Below, in pieces: positions 1-12,822 of a stretch of DNA of 64,000 nucleotides. A model generated the notes under the pieces. It ran no database searches. It had not been told where the DNA came from and was given only the letters and a program-made list of their open reading frames with translations. Position 1 is the stretch's first letter. Each line of letters begins with the position of its first letter. The stretch lies in the NCBI GenBank assembly GCA_951406725.2, contig OX597817.1, positions 159,402,001 to 159,466,000 of the forward strand, written 5' to 3'. Both the position numbers and the translations under genes were made by a program. The stretch comes from Octopus vulgaris (taxonomy: Eukaryota).

Positions 1-149
1 GCAGGTTGATTGACTACATATATGCCATCTTGTTTTGGATTGAAAGCTGATAGTATCTGAGACTTGGTCACTTGATCCACTTTCACTTTTTAATGTTAAT
101 AACATATTACTGGTTGTCAGGCGATGTGCGTAGAGAGAGACATCTAAGA

Positions 150-535
150 GACGCATATAGTGGCTGTGTGGTAAGTAGCTTGCTAACCAACCACATGGTT
201 CCGGGTTCAGTCCCACTGCGTGGCATCTTGGGCAAGTGTCTTCTGCTATAGCCCCGGGCCGACCAATGCCTTGTGAGTGGATTTGGTAGACGGAAATTGG
301 AAGAAGCCTGTCATATATATGTATATATATGTGTGTGTGTTTGTGTTTGTCCCCCTAGCATTGCTTGACAACCGATGCTTGTGTGTTTACGTCCCCGTCA
401 CTTAGCGGTTCGGCAAAAGAGACCGATAGAATAAGTACTGGGCTTACAAAGAATAAGTCCCGGGGTCAATTTGCTCGACTAAAGGTGGTGCTCCAGCATG
501 GCCGCAGTCAAATGACTGAAACAAGTAAAAGAGTA
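150..535 (+). mobile_element. SINE family A copy
   Basis: tRNA-like head (gtggctgtgtggtaag...gggttcagtccc), CORE-like cttgggcaagtg, internal (TA/TG)n, tail gaaacaagtaaaagag; near-identical to copies at 2990, 4919, 9625 and 10266. Confidence 0.85.
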
Positions 536-603
536 TAATATCATGTATATACATATATATTTAATGTGTATGTATGTATATATGTGTATATATGTATGTA
601 TAT

Positions 604-890
604 AGTGGTTTGGGCATTCGGCTTGCGATTGTAAGGCCGTGAGTTCAATTCCTGGCGACGCGTTGTGTCCTTGAGCAAGACACTTTATTTCATGTTGCTC
701 CAGTCCACTCAGTTGGCAAAAATGAGTTGTACCTGTATTTCAAGGGTCCAGTGTTGTCGCACTCTGTGTCACGCTGAATCTTCCTGAGAACTACGTTAGG
801 GGTACACGTGTCTGTGGAGTGCTCATGAGCAGGCTGTTCCGTTGATCGTATCAGCTGGGACCCTCGTCGTCGTAACCGACTGAGTGCTCC
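604..890 (+). mobile_element. SINE with head C and tail 1
   Basis: B-box-like gagttcaattcc and gtgtccttgagcaagacactt; 3' half matches the 3' half of the family B copy at 36067. Confidence 0.75.
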
Positions 891-1182
891 TATGTATATA
901 TGTATTGTTTTATTCTTTTACATGTTTCAATCATTTGACTGCAGCCAGGTGGAGGGGAATAACTCCCATTCATAACTGTTACATAGGCATGAAATTTTGG
1001 AGGAGAAGGCTAATCAATCATATTGACCCCCTCCCCCCCCCTTAGTGCTTGACCAATACTTATTTTGTTGACCCCAGCAGAATTTGAATTCATAATTTAA
1101 AGATAGAGAAAATGTCACTATGCATTTTGTTCAGTATACTAATTATTCTTCGATCTTACTGCCTTCTAAATGATGATAATAA

Positions 1183-1950
1183 TAACGAGCACTCAGAGAG
1201 GGCAAGCCTCTGCCTAAGAACACCAATGTCCTCTCAACAATTAGCCAGAGATGATTTTTAAAATGAGAATATCTGAAATAAACTCGACTGCTTTCACAAA
1301 CAAGAGTACTAAAAATGAACCTGGCCACTCTCAAAATTTCAGTTAAAAAAAAAAAAAAAAGCAGGTAAAATAATCCAGAATTTTTGTCTGGTACTGGATC
1401 AATCCCAAAATCTAATCAGTTCATGCCAGTCATGAGGCCAAACATCCCTGAAAGTTTCATCCAAATCCATCCAACTGTTCTTGAGATGGAAGCACTCCGT
1501 CGGTTACGACAATGAGGGTTCCGGTTGATCCGATCAACGGAACAGCCTGCTCGTGAAATTAACGTGTAAGTGGCTGAGCACTCCACAGACACATGTACCC
1601 TTAACGTAGTTCTCGGGGATATTCAGCGTGACACAGAGAGTGACAAGGCCAGCCCTTTGAAATACAGGTGCAACAGAAACAGGAAGTAAGAGTGAGAGAA
1701 AGTTGTGGTGAAAGAGTACAGCAGGGATCACCACCATCCCTTCTGGAGCCTCGTGGAGTTCTAGATGTTTTTGCTCAATAAACACTCACAACGCCCGGTC
1801 TGGGAATCGAAACCGCGATCCTACGACCGCGAGTCCGCTGCCCTAACCACTGGGCCATTGCGCCTCCTGTTCTTGAGATATCTTGTCCATGGACAAACAA
1901 ACAAACACAACTGAAAACAATACCTTTGCCTCTGCTAAGGCGGAGATAAT
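1183..1950. mobile_element. Non-autonomous Helentron-like (HINE/DINE-type) element interrupted by a SINE
   Basis: subterminal inverted repeats cctctgcctaag (1207-1218) and ctaaggcggaga (1935-1946), terminal hairpin and (CAAA)n microsatellite; family assigned by recalled architecture only. Confidence 0.5.
1488..1867 (-). mobile_element. SINE family B (head B, tail 1), full length
   Basis: reverse complement of 36067-36457; 13-bp TSD ctgttcttgagat at 1475-1487 and 1867-1879. Confidence 0.9.
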
Positions 1951-2989
1951 GATTTCAAATTTTTGCACATGGCCTGAAATTTAAAGAAGTGGGCAAGTTG
2001 ATGACCTCAAACCCAGTGCTTGACAGACACTTATTTTATCAACCTCAAGAAGATGAAGAAAGGGACTGTTTACCTTCGTGGAATTTAAATTCAGATTGTA
2101 AAGAGACACCAGCGAGCATTTCATGCAACACACTGATTCTGCTAGTGTTGCCGCCTTTCAGTAATTCCTAACAATATTATGAATGATGCACCCCCATCCC
2201 TAAAACTAATGAATAAAAATGAAAAATTGAATATAATTCGTTTACATAATGTTTCCATTTGATTCGTCGCACAAATCTTTGTTTCCTAGAATAGAATGGC
2301 TATTTTAGGTTTGTCGTTTTGATTTGCATTGTGTGGTTTTAGGACAACAATCTTTCTCAGCTGTCATAACGTCACTTTTCCTGCTGTATTTCTCAATTTA
2401 GTCTGAAACTGCCTAGTTTGTCTTGGTTGCTAAGTAACAAGACATGCCACTGATTCTACACAGTTACACACCCTGGAGGATGCTGTCATTTTTCTTTGTT
2501 GGAATTTATTCTGCATGTGTGTGTGTGTGTATAGAGTGGCTTGTATGTATCCTAAAGCTGTTCAGTTGTTCAGTTGATGGTGTGTGTGTGTGTGTTTGTG
2601 TGAATGCACACATCTATTTCAGGTTTGAATTTTGAGACAACTCTAAACCAGTAATATCATAAAATTGTTTGTGTCTATGCCAAGGAGGAGTCAGGTGCTT
2701 TTTTATGTGAAAGGAAGAAAAGATTTGCTGTGTGTGTGTGTGTGTGTGTGTGTGTGTCTGTGCAGTTTTATTTCCATCATCTTTAACACTGTGATCATTG
2801 CATATCTCTGTTAACCCTTTAGAATTTGAACCTACCATATCCAGCCTAAATATTCTTCCTTGTTTTATTTCAAACCTTCTAAATCTGGCCTCTCACACCT
2901 ATTCTGCAATGTTATTCTAAAAATAAGCAATCTCCTTAGTGGAGGTATGTGGCTTGGTGGTTAGTCTATTTGGCTGATGATCATAGTCA

Positions 2990-3398
2990 GGCGCAGGAGT
3001 GGCTGTGTGGTAAATAGCTTGTTTACCAACCACATGGTTCCGGGTTCAGTCCCACTGCGTGGCATCTTGGGCAAGTGTCTTCTGCTATAGCCTCGGGCCA
3101 ACCAAAGCCTTGTGAGTAGATTTGGTAGACGGAAACTGAAAAGAAGCCCGTCATATATATGTATATATATCTATGCATGTGTGTGTTTGTGTGTCTGTGT
3201 TTGTCCCCCTCGCATTGCTTGACAACCGATGCTGGTTTGTTTATGTCCCCATTACTTAGCGGGTCGGCAAAAGAGACCGATAGAATAAGTACTGGGTTTA
3301 CAAAAGAATAAGTCCCAGGGTCGAGTTGCTCGATTAAAGGCGGTGCTCCAGCATGGCCGCAGTCAAATGACTAAAACAAGTAAAAGAGTAAAAGAGAG
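2990..3398 (+). mobile_element. SINE family A copy nested in a head-C SINE (about 2940-4330)
   Basis: matches 150-535; host SINE sequence resumes after 3398 and again after 4221. Confidence 0.85.
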
Positions 3399-3568
3399 TC
3401 ATGAATTTAATTCCTGTCAGCATTTTGTCAGCATTTTGTCTCCTTGAGCAAGGTACTTTATTTCATGTTACCCCAGTCCAATTGGCTGGCAAAAATGCTT
3501 TGTGGCTGTAATTCAAAGGGCCAGTCTTGTCACATTTTGTGTTATTCTGAATCTCCCTGTGAACTGTT

Positions 3569-4221
3569 TTAACCCTTTAGCATTCAGGTTATTCTGTCAA
3601 ATGTAATGCTTATTTATTTACATTTTTAAAAATTTGTCATTCATTTTCTCACAGCTTTAAAATTTTGATGAGATTTAATTTTAGAATGACATTGTTGGGT
3701 AGGTGTAAGAGGTTGGATCCAGCTAGTTTAAACATAAAATAGGTAGAATATTTGGGCTGGATATCATCATCATCATCATTTAACGTCTGCTTTCCATGCT
3801 GGCATGGGTTGGACGATTTGACTGAGGACTGGCGAACCAGATGGCTGCACCAGGCTCCAATCTAATCTGGCAGAGTTTCTACAGCTGGATGCCCTTTCTA
3901 ACACCACCACTCTGAGAGTGTAGTGGGTGCTTTTACATGCCACTGGCATGAGGGCCAGTCAGGCGGTACTGGCAACAGCCATGCTCAAATGATTCTTTTT
4001 ATGTGCCATCTGCACAGGAGCCAGTCCAGCGGTATTGGCAACAACCTCGCTTGAATGTTTTTTCACGTGCCTCCAGCACAAGTGTCAGTAAAGTGACGGA
4101 GGTAACGATCACCCTCGAATGGTGCTTTTTACGTGCCACCAGTATGGAAGCCAGTTTGTTGCTCTGACAACGATCACACTCAGATGGTGCTCTCAGCGCG
4201 GTTTAAATACTAAAAGGTTAA
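3569..4221. mobile_element. TTAA-flanked MITE family D (piggyBac-like), interrupted by repeat G
   Basis: ttaaccctttag...ctaaaaggttaa ends; internal sequence matches 35672-35890. Confidence 0.75.
3763..4199 (-). mobile_element. Repeat family G (RTE-related non-autonomous retroelement)
   Basis: (CAT)n end, ctggatgccc...tagtgggtgctttt core and internal tandem units; homologous to copies at 13500, 22105, 29250 and 42040. Confidence 0.7.
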
Positions 4222-4448
4222 TGGTACATGTCTGTGGAGTGCTCAGCCACTTCCATAATAATTTTGTGAGCAGAATACTCCATTAGTCAACTGGAACACT
4301 CATTGTCATAAGCAACAGAGTGCCAGCTTGTTCTCCTTATCAAACAAGGCACCTAAATCTGTTTGTCCAGCTGCCCTGGCTGATAAAATGTAGATTCTGC
4401 TCCTGACATCACAGAGGACTGGTTTAATGTAGGTAACAACATTCAGCT

Positions 4449-4667
4449 TTAACCCTTTAGCATTTAATCCGGCCCAAATAATCCATTTGTTTTATGTTAA
4501 AACTGTCTGGATCCAACCTCTCACACCTACCCTACAATGTCATTTTAAAAATATATAGCCACACCATTTAAATTTTGAAGCTGCAAAATAAAATGTGATT
4601 AATTCAAAAACAGTATGGATAAATGAGCAATAAATTTCACAAAGAAATCTGAATGCTAAAGGGTTAA
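4449..4667. mobile_element. MITE family D
   Basis: TIRs ttaaccctttagcatt and aatgctaaagggttaa with TTAA flanks. Confidence 0.85.
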
Positions 4668-4918
4668 ATGACAATCACTCCAGAAAATCAAAGCCATCTT
4701 CTCCATGCAGACATAAGAAAATGGTAAAAGTAAGGGGTTTGGGGCTGTGGGGATGATGCTAACCATCACCTGATATGTTGGCTGCCTTCAGCACCGTCCA
4801 CTTTATTATAAGCATTCAGGACCTGATCTCTAGTCTGAGGAACTCACTTCCTCCCACCAAACTTTAGAGGCCCTAAAAAGGATTATGGCCATTGCTCTCC
4901 TTAAGTCTTCAAATAAAA

Positions 4919-5316
4919 GGCGCAGGAGTGGCTGTGTGGTAAGTAGCTTGCTAACCAACCACATGGTTCTGGGTTCAGTCCCACTGCATGGCACCTTGGG
5001 CAAGTGTCTTCTGCTATTGCCTCGGGCCGACTAAAGCCTTGTGAGTGGATTTGGTAGACGGATACTGAAAGAAGCCTGTCGTATATATATATATATGTAT
5101 GTGTGTTTGTGTGTCTGTGTTTGTCCACCTAGCATTGCTTGACAACCGATGCTGGCGTGTTTATGTCCCCGTTACTTAGCGGTTCGGCAAAAAGAGACCG
5201 ATAGAATAAGTACTGGGCTTACAAAAAGAATAAGTCCCGGGGTCGAGTTGCTCGATTAAAGGCGGTGCTCCAGCATGGCTGCAGTCAAATGACTGAAACA
5301 AGTAAAAGAGTAAAAG
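4919..5316 (+). mobile_element. SINE family A copy
   Basis: near-identical to 2990-3398. Confidence 0.88.
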
Positions 5317-5532
5317 GAAGGAAAAAGTGACTAGCGGAGAAGGTGGGCCAGTTGTTGTTGTGTGTGGGGGAGGGGCTCCTGGCATAACTTCATGTAAACA
5401 TAGACCTGGAGACTATTTAGTTTGTTGGGTTTATTACAACACATAAAAATCCAGAGACTCAGTTTTCAGCAAAGTGACAGTGTTAGAATAATCAAAAATT
5501 TTGTGTAACAGTCATGATAGGCTTTCATCTGT

Positions 5533-6460
<928 letters not shown>

Positions 6461-6565
6461 GGTTAAAAAGCAAATACAATTTCCACAGATTCTACTGTGA
6501 ATACTTAAAATAAGAAATGTCTGTCTAAAATTGTGTATTTAAAATCACTTTCTTTTATTTTGCAG

Positions 6566-6851
6566 ACGATGAAGAAGAAATTCTTCGTCCTACGGGGAAA
6601 TAGCAACTCGGGCCCTGCACGACTGGAATATTACGACTCTGAAAAGAAATATCGTTCATATTCAGTACCAAAACGTTCCATCGAACTGAATGCTTGCTTC
6701 AATATAAACAAAAAAATTGACCCAAAGCATAAACATGCCGTTTCATTATTCACCAAAGATGACTGTTTCTCCATCGTAGCTGAGAATGTTGAAGATCAGG
6801 ATGCGTGGTTAGATTGTCTTCTAGATTTACAGAACACCCCCTATCATTTTG
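6566..6851 (+). CDS. IRS: IRS exon A (PH domain); first coding exon in the window
   Basis: ttttattttgcag|ACG ATG AAG; reads TMKKKFFVLR...ARLEYYDSEKKY...CFNINKKIDPKHKHAVSLFTKDDCFSIVAE...QDAWL, matching the IRS1/chico PH domain; donor G|gtaagt; phases 0 to 1. Confidence 0.95.
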
Positions 6852-7179
6852 GTAAGTGGACTTTTCCATGAGTATGGTCGGCTGTTGAGTGTGTTTTGCT
6901 GCTGTTATAGCTTTAAAACTGTTGTTTACAGTTTGGGTACAGGTGTGGCTGTGTGGTTAAGAAGCTTGCTTCCCAACTATGTGGTCATGGGTTCAGTCCC
7001 ATTGCACAGAAACTTGGGAAACTGTGTTCTGCTGTAGCCCTAGGCCTACCAAAGCCTTGTGAATGGTAGGTAGAAACTGAAAGAAATCTGTGGTGTATGT
7101 GTGTGCCTGGTAGTAGTAGACAGGAACTGAGAGAAACCAATCGTGTGTGCATGTGTGTACTCTTGTCTAAACAGTTCAA

Positions 7180-7335
7180 ACTCCGCCGGGGTCGACTTTG
7201 CCTTTCATCCTTTCGGGGTCGATAAATTAAGTACCAGCTACGCTCTGGGGGTCGATGTAATCGACTTAATACTTATGTTTGTCCTTGTTTGTCCCCTCTA
7301 TGTTTAGCCCCTTGTGGGTAATAAAGAAATAAGTA
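7180..7335 (+). mobile_element. SINE family X, partial
   Basis: gtcgactttgcctttcatcctttcggggtcgataaattaagtaccag; inverted relative to 11690-11920. Confidence 0.8.
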
Positions 7336-7766
7336 TTGGCTGTAAATGTACATCGTTGTCATACAGGTGGAATTGTTTGTTTCCAGTCTTCCTTGACAAA
7401 ACCTGTCTAGCTATGGGAAAATATTACCTTGCTTGGAAACGTGTGAAGGTTGGCGTCTGGATCGGCACCCTGCTGTCAAAAATCTGCCTCAACAAATTCC
7501 ATTTCACCCATGCAAGCATGGAAAAGTGGACATTAAATGATGATAATGATGATGACAGCATGACACCAATTGCTGAAGTCGTCGATACCCTATAAATTAC
7601 TGTGTTAGCTTCAGTTATGGATATTTGTGCGTCTACTAATGTTATTGCAACTTGAATACTAGTGTTGTCTATAATACTTTTATAGCCTACCCATTATAGC
7701 TTTGTGTATCGACGACTTCAGCAATTGGTGTCATGCTGTCATCATAATTATTTAATGTCCACTTTT

Positions 7767-8075
7767 CCCAGTGGTTAGGGCAGCGGACTCGCAGTCCGAG
7801 GATCGCGGTTTCGATTCCCAGACCGGGCGTTGCGTGTGTTTATTGAGCGAAAACACCTAGAGTTCCACAAGGTTCAGGCAGAGGGTGGTGGCGACCCCTG
7901 TTGTACTCTTTCGCCCCCAACCTTCTCTCACTCTTTCTTCCTGTTTCTTGAGTAACGCTGTGATGATGCACTGGCGTCCCGTCCAGCTGGGGGGAACACA
8001 TACGCCACAGAAACCGGGAAACCGGGCCCATGAACCTGGCTAGGCTTGAAAAGGGCGCATAAATAAATAAATAAA
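7767..8075 (+). mobile_element. SINE with head B and tail 2, slightly 5'-truncated
   Basis: cccagtggttagggcagcggactcgc head; tail gagtaacgct...ggctaggcttgaaaagggcg followed by (TAAA)n. Confidence 0.82.
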
Positions 8076-8793
8076 AAATTACTTCTGTATTTAATACAAC
8101 TATTATTTTTACTAGATTTGTTGTCTAGAACCTTTGCTACAGCCTATGTCTTTATTACTGAATTTAGTCCGATAAACTACACTGCTGAGTCTACATATAT
8201 ACCTTATTATTGGCTCTATATTTACTGCAGCCTATATCCTATAGTAATCTACTAGTGTGTATGCTGTTACTACAGCTTATGTACTTTAATATTACGTACT
8301 ATTAAGTACAGCGTAGAACAACCGATGTGGATGGTATTAGCTGCTCCTAAAACCCGTACAGTACAGTGCTTGTGAGTTTGTGCAAGTGCTCATATTGTAT
8401 TATGAACTGTCTTGCAGATAGTGTAATTGCGTAGTGCTAAGTTAGCATAGCTTTACTGCCAACGAACGCGTGTTCAAAAACTTGAGATTTATTTTTTGAT
8501 ATTATTTTTGGGGGTGTCGTGTATTTTTAAGACATGGTGTTTATTCGCGACCTACTTTAAAAATAACAATTGCCGTTACGTAGCTACTGGACCAGGGGAG
8601 GCAACTCTTGTTAAACCAGGTTGTTGTCAATGACGTAAGCGATAGGCATGCACACGTGTGTTTATACACAAGTACATTTGTACTGAAGTGTATGGATATT
8701 GGGTGACGTTCATGCCTTGTCGCGGGGCTTTGGCAAAGGGAATTAAAATGGTTTATATTCGTTCGCTCATATGACTGTGTGGTTAAGGAGCTC

Positions 8794-9217
8794 GGATCTT
8801 TTCGGTTTGAACGACAGTTTTTTCTAGCGGTGTCATATGAAATTGTCACCCATAATTATGACCCCAGTATCGATCTATTGCATTTCAATCTGTTTTAGGG
8901 GTGGTGGGAAGGGTATCTTTTTTTCTTCACAAATGTAAATAAACCCAATCTGTTTCTTAAACGAGGGACATATTCATACGGTACAGAATGTTTTTGTTGT
9001 TTTTTTTACCTCAATAGACGTCATTGGTTGGTTGAAATTGCAGAAATTGATGAAAAAACAACAACAACAACAAATATCTAACAAACTACAGAATTGTCTC
9101 AATGAATCCAAGAGAAAAAGATGTTTTATAAACACATTCTACCAGTATACGAAGTTTAAAAGTGTTTAATTACGTGGAAATTATTTTAAAAAACTGGCGT
9201 TCAAACCGAAAAGATCC
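8794..9217. mobile_element. MITE with GG-initiated TIRs and 8-bp TSD (Merlin-like), element 1
   Basis: TIRs ggatcttttcggtttgaacg and cgttcaaaccgaaaagatcc; flanks aggagctc and agaagctc (7 of 8 identical). Confidence 0.75.
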
Positions 9218-9284
9218 AGAAGCTCGCTCTGTAACCATGTGTTTTCGGATTCAGCCCCAGTGCGTGAGACTTTGGGCAAGTGTC

Positions 9285-9835
9285 GGATCTTTACCTTTTG
9301 ACCTACAGATTTTTAAAAAAATAATTTTTTGTAACCTAAACACTTTCAAACTTCGGACACTGGCAGAATGTGTTATATAAAATACGTTTTACTCTTAGCA
9401 TTTTTGAGAAAAACTTATACTTACGAAGATATTTCACCTTAAAGTTCTCGTATTTCGGTAATTTCAACCAATCAATGACGTGTATTCAGCTGAATAAAAT
9501 TACTACTGTTGTTTGTCACTGTTATGACAACCCTAACCCTAAAACCTTAAAAGTAGTACAAACACACAAACGATCGCATGAATAACAGTGACAAACGAAA
9601 ACTACTCCGAAGTTTGAAAGTGTTTACTCTTTACTCTTTTACTCTTTTACTTGTTTCAGTCATTTGACTGCGGCCATGCTGGAGCACCGCCATTAGTCGA
9701 TCAAATCGACTCCGGGACTTATTCTTTGTAAGCCCAGTACTTATTCTATTGGTCTCTTTTGCCGAACCGCTAAGTGACGCGGACCGTAAACACACCAGCA
9801 TCGGTTGTCAAGCAATGCTAGGGGGACAAACACAG

Positions 9836-9874
<39 letters not shown>

Positions 9875-10098
9875 CATATATACGACAGGCTTCTTTTCAG
9901 TTTCCGTCTACCAAATCCACTCACAAGGCATTGGTCGACCCGGGGCTATAGCAGAAGACACTTGCCCAAGATGCCACGCAGTGGGACTGAACCTGCAACC
10001 ATGTGGTTTGTTAGCAAGCTACTTACCACACAGCCACTCCTTTAACTTTAGTTACAAAAAATTATTTTTTAAATCTGTAGGCCAAAAGTTAAAGATCC
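9285..10098. mobile_element. Merlin-like MITE, element 2, containing a SINE A insertion
   Basis: TIRs ggatctttaccttttgacctacagattt and aaatctgtaggccaaaagttaaagatcc; perfect TSD caagtgtc at 9277-9284 and 10099-10106. Confidence 0.8.
9625..10040 (-). mobile_element. SINE family A copy
   Basis: reverse complement of 150-535. Confidence 0.88.
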
Positions 10099-10265
10099 CA
10101 AGTGTCTTCTTCTATAGCCATGAGCCAATTAATGCCTTGTGGATTAATTTGGTAGACGGTAACCATGTGGAAACCTGTCGTGTGTGTACATCAATTCAAT
10201 TTGGTATTAACTATGACTTGAAGCGTTGACATTTTCTAGTATTGCTAAAATTATACTGATACACA

Positions 10266-10645
10266 GGCGTAGGAGTGGCTGTGTGGTAAGTAGCTTGCTT
10301 ACGAACCACATGGTTCCGGGTTCAGTCCCACTGCATGACACCTTTGGCAAGTGTCTTCTACTAAGCCTCGGGCTGACCAAAGCCTTGTGAGTGGATTTGG
10401 TAGACGGAAACTGAATGAAGCTTGTCGTATATGTGTATATGTATGTGTGTGTGTCTTTGTCCCTCCAACATCACTTAACAACTGATGCTGGTGTGTTTAC
10501 GTCTCCGTAACTTAGCAGTTTGGCAAAAGACACCGATAGAATAAGTACTAGGCTTACAAAGAATAAGTCCTGGGGTCGATTTGTTCGACTAAAGGCGATG
10601 CTCCAGCATGACCACAGTCAAATGACTGAAACAAGTAAGAGTAAA
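10266..10645 (+). mobile_element. SINE family A copy
   Basis: matches 150-535. Confidence 0.85.
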
Positions 10646-10659
10646 TACAATGTATAAAT

Positions 10660-11090
10660 TATCGTTTAAGGTCTTTTTTTTTTCCCTGCTGGCATGTGTT
10701 GAACGGTTTGACAGCTGCTGGCTAGCTAGAGAGCTGCACCAAGGCTCCAATTGTTTGACTGGCTTCTGTGCCGGTGGCACATAAAAAGCACCATCCGAAC
10801 GTGGTCGATGCCAGCACCGCCTCGACTGGCTTCTGTGCCGGTGGCACATAAAAAGCACCAACCGATTGTGGCCGATGCCAGACCCCTCTGGCACCTGTGC
10901 AGGTGGCACGTAAAAAGCACCCACTACACTCGCGGAGTGGTTGGCGTTAGGAAGGGCATCCAGCTGTAGAAACATAGCCAGATCAGACTGGAGCCTGGAG
11001 CAGCCCCTGGCTCCCCAGACCTCAGTCGAACCGCCCAACCCGTGCTAGCGCGGAAAACGGACGTTAAACGATGATGATGATGATGATGGC
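10660..11090 (+). mobile_element. Repeat family G, with an opposite-orientation G fragment at 10660-10755
   Basis: ggttggcgttaggaagggcatccagctgtagaaa...(GAT)n tail; duplicated unit gactggcttctgtgccggtggcacataaaaagcacca. Confidence 0.7.
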
Positions 11091-11357
11091 TGGATGACCT
11101 TCCTAATGTCAACCACTTTACAGAATGTATTGGGTTCTTTTTATATGGCACCAGCATAGGTGCTTTCTACGTGACACCAGTACAGGTGCTTTTCTATGTG
11201 ACACCAGCATAATTGCTTCTCTACACGACAATGGCATGGCAACAGTCCTTCTTCTATGTGACATCAGCACAGGTATTCACAACCTACACTGTGTTGGTTC
11301 CTTAGTAACTGGTTAATTTTGATTCTCACCCCTTGTATTTTTTACTTTTATTTCCAG

Positions 11358-11497
11358 AATATGTCTGGCAGGTAACTGTGAAACCTAAAGATCTTGGTGC
11401 TACCAAAAACATGACAGGTCAGTTCCGGCTTTGTTTAACGAACCATGAAATCAGCTTGGTACGACTCAATTCAGGGGTTCCTGAAGTCACATTCCAA
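11358..11497 (+). CDS. IRS: IRS exon B (N-terminal half of PTB domain)
   Basis: tttccag| then EYVWQVTVKPKDLGATKNMTGQFRLCLTNHEISLVRLNS (IRS1 has EVWQVILKPKGLG...YRLCLT); donor CAA|gtaagt; phases 1 to 0. Confidence 0.95.
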
Positions 11498-11689
11498 GTA
11501 AGTAACTTAAGGGTTTCCTCTTCATGTTATGTTTCACTTTTAAACAGTAATTGTGTGTGTGTGTATGGGTGGGCATGCATGTGTTCGTGCGAGAGAAAAA
11601 GGGAGAGGAAGGGTGTCTGCAAATTCACAACACTACATAAAACCCAGCGCTAGATCAGCAGCCATATCTCCCTCCACTTACAACATACC

Positions 11690-11920
11690 TATTTCTTTAT
11701 TACCCACAGGGGGCTAAACACAGAGGGGACAAACAAGGACAGACATAGGTATTAAGTCGATTACATCGACCCCAGTGCGTAACTGGTACTCAATTTATCG
11801 ACCCCGAAAGGATGAAAGGCAAAGTCGACCTCGGCGGAATTTGAACTCAGAACGTAGCCGCTGACGAAATACCGCTAAGCATTTCGCCCGGCGTGCTAAC
11901 GCTTCTGCCAGCTCGCCGCC
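11690..11920 (-). mobile_element. SINE family X, full length
   Basis: minus strand reads ggcggcgagctggcagaa...gagttcaaattcc (B-box-like)...ctttgcctttcatcc. Confidence 0.85.
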
Positions 11921-12199
11921 TTTACAACATACCGTCTTAGAAAAACGACACAGATTGGATAATGAAGTTCTTAAATCTACTGACTGAATAAAAGGTGAGA
12001 TGGTCATGGTTGGAATGTCTTTTAGAGGGATGTTACACTTTGACTGACCTGGGGCTCTGTAACAACACTTAATACTCCAACAGACAGCACTACGTTACAA
12101 ATTTCCAATGTCTTCTATGTGTTACAATGTTTCCTGCATACTACACTATCTCACATGATTGTAATGCACTGTGCTATTTAGCATGTCTATTATACACTG

Positions 12200-12440
12200 T
12201 GGAGGAACATGGCTTAGTGGTTAGGGTGTTGGGCTCCTTATAAGTTTATGGTTTCCGTTCCCAGATCAGCCAATGCATTGTGCCCTGGAGCAAACTACTT
12301 CATTTCACATAGCTCAAGTCCACTCAGCTGGAAAAAAGTGAGTAATCCTGCAACGGATTGGCATCCCATCCAGGGTGGGAGGACAATGTGTGCCGCAGAA
12401 ACTGGGAATCTGACCGGGTCTATTTATGACTCAGGAAGGA
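12200..12440 (+). mobile_element. SINE with head C and tail 2, diverged
   Basis: tggcttagtggttaggg...ccactcagctggaaaaaagtgagtaatcctgcaacggattggcatcccatccag...agaaactggga. Confidence 0.6.
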
Positions 12441-12479
12441 TCTGTTGTACACTATACTTAGTGGTATTTCATCTGTCTT

Positions 12480-12630
12480 TACATTCTGAGTTCAAATTCC
12501 GCCGAGGTCAACTTTGCCTTTCATCCTTTTGGAGTTGATAAATTAAGTACCAGTTGCATACTGGGGTCGATCTAATTGACTGGTCCCCTCCCCAAAAATT
12601 TCGGGCCTTGTGCTTAGGGTAGAAAAGAAT
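12480..12630 (+). mobile_element. SINE family X
   Basis: ctgagttcaaattccgccgaggtcaactttgcctttcatcc. Confidence 0.8.
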
Positions 12631-12822
12631 ATTTGACATGCATTCATGTAATCAGATGCTCATATATACATGCAGGTGCTCAAATATACGTACATGAACG
12701 GGCATACATTTGTATGCACTCTTGTATACACACATATATATACCCCACACATCACCACACAAATGGAAGAAACATATAAATAAGTTATTGAATATTTCTG
12801 ATTCTCTTTTCTTTCACTTCAG

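Noticed and set aside
6569-6571. ATG of MKKKFF as the IRS start codon
   Set aside because: A strong acceptor lies 3 nt upstream and the first PH strand (GYLxK) is missing, so an upstream exon is expected; none was found in 1-6500.
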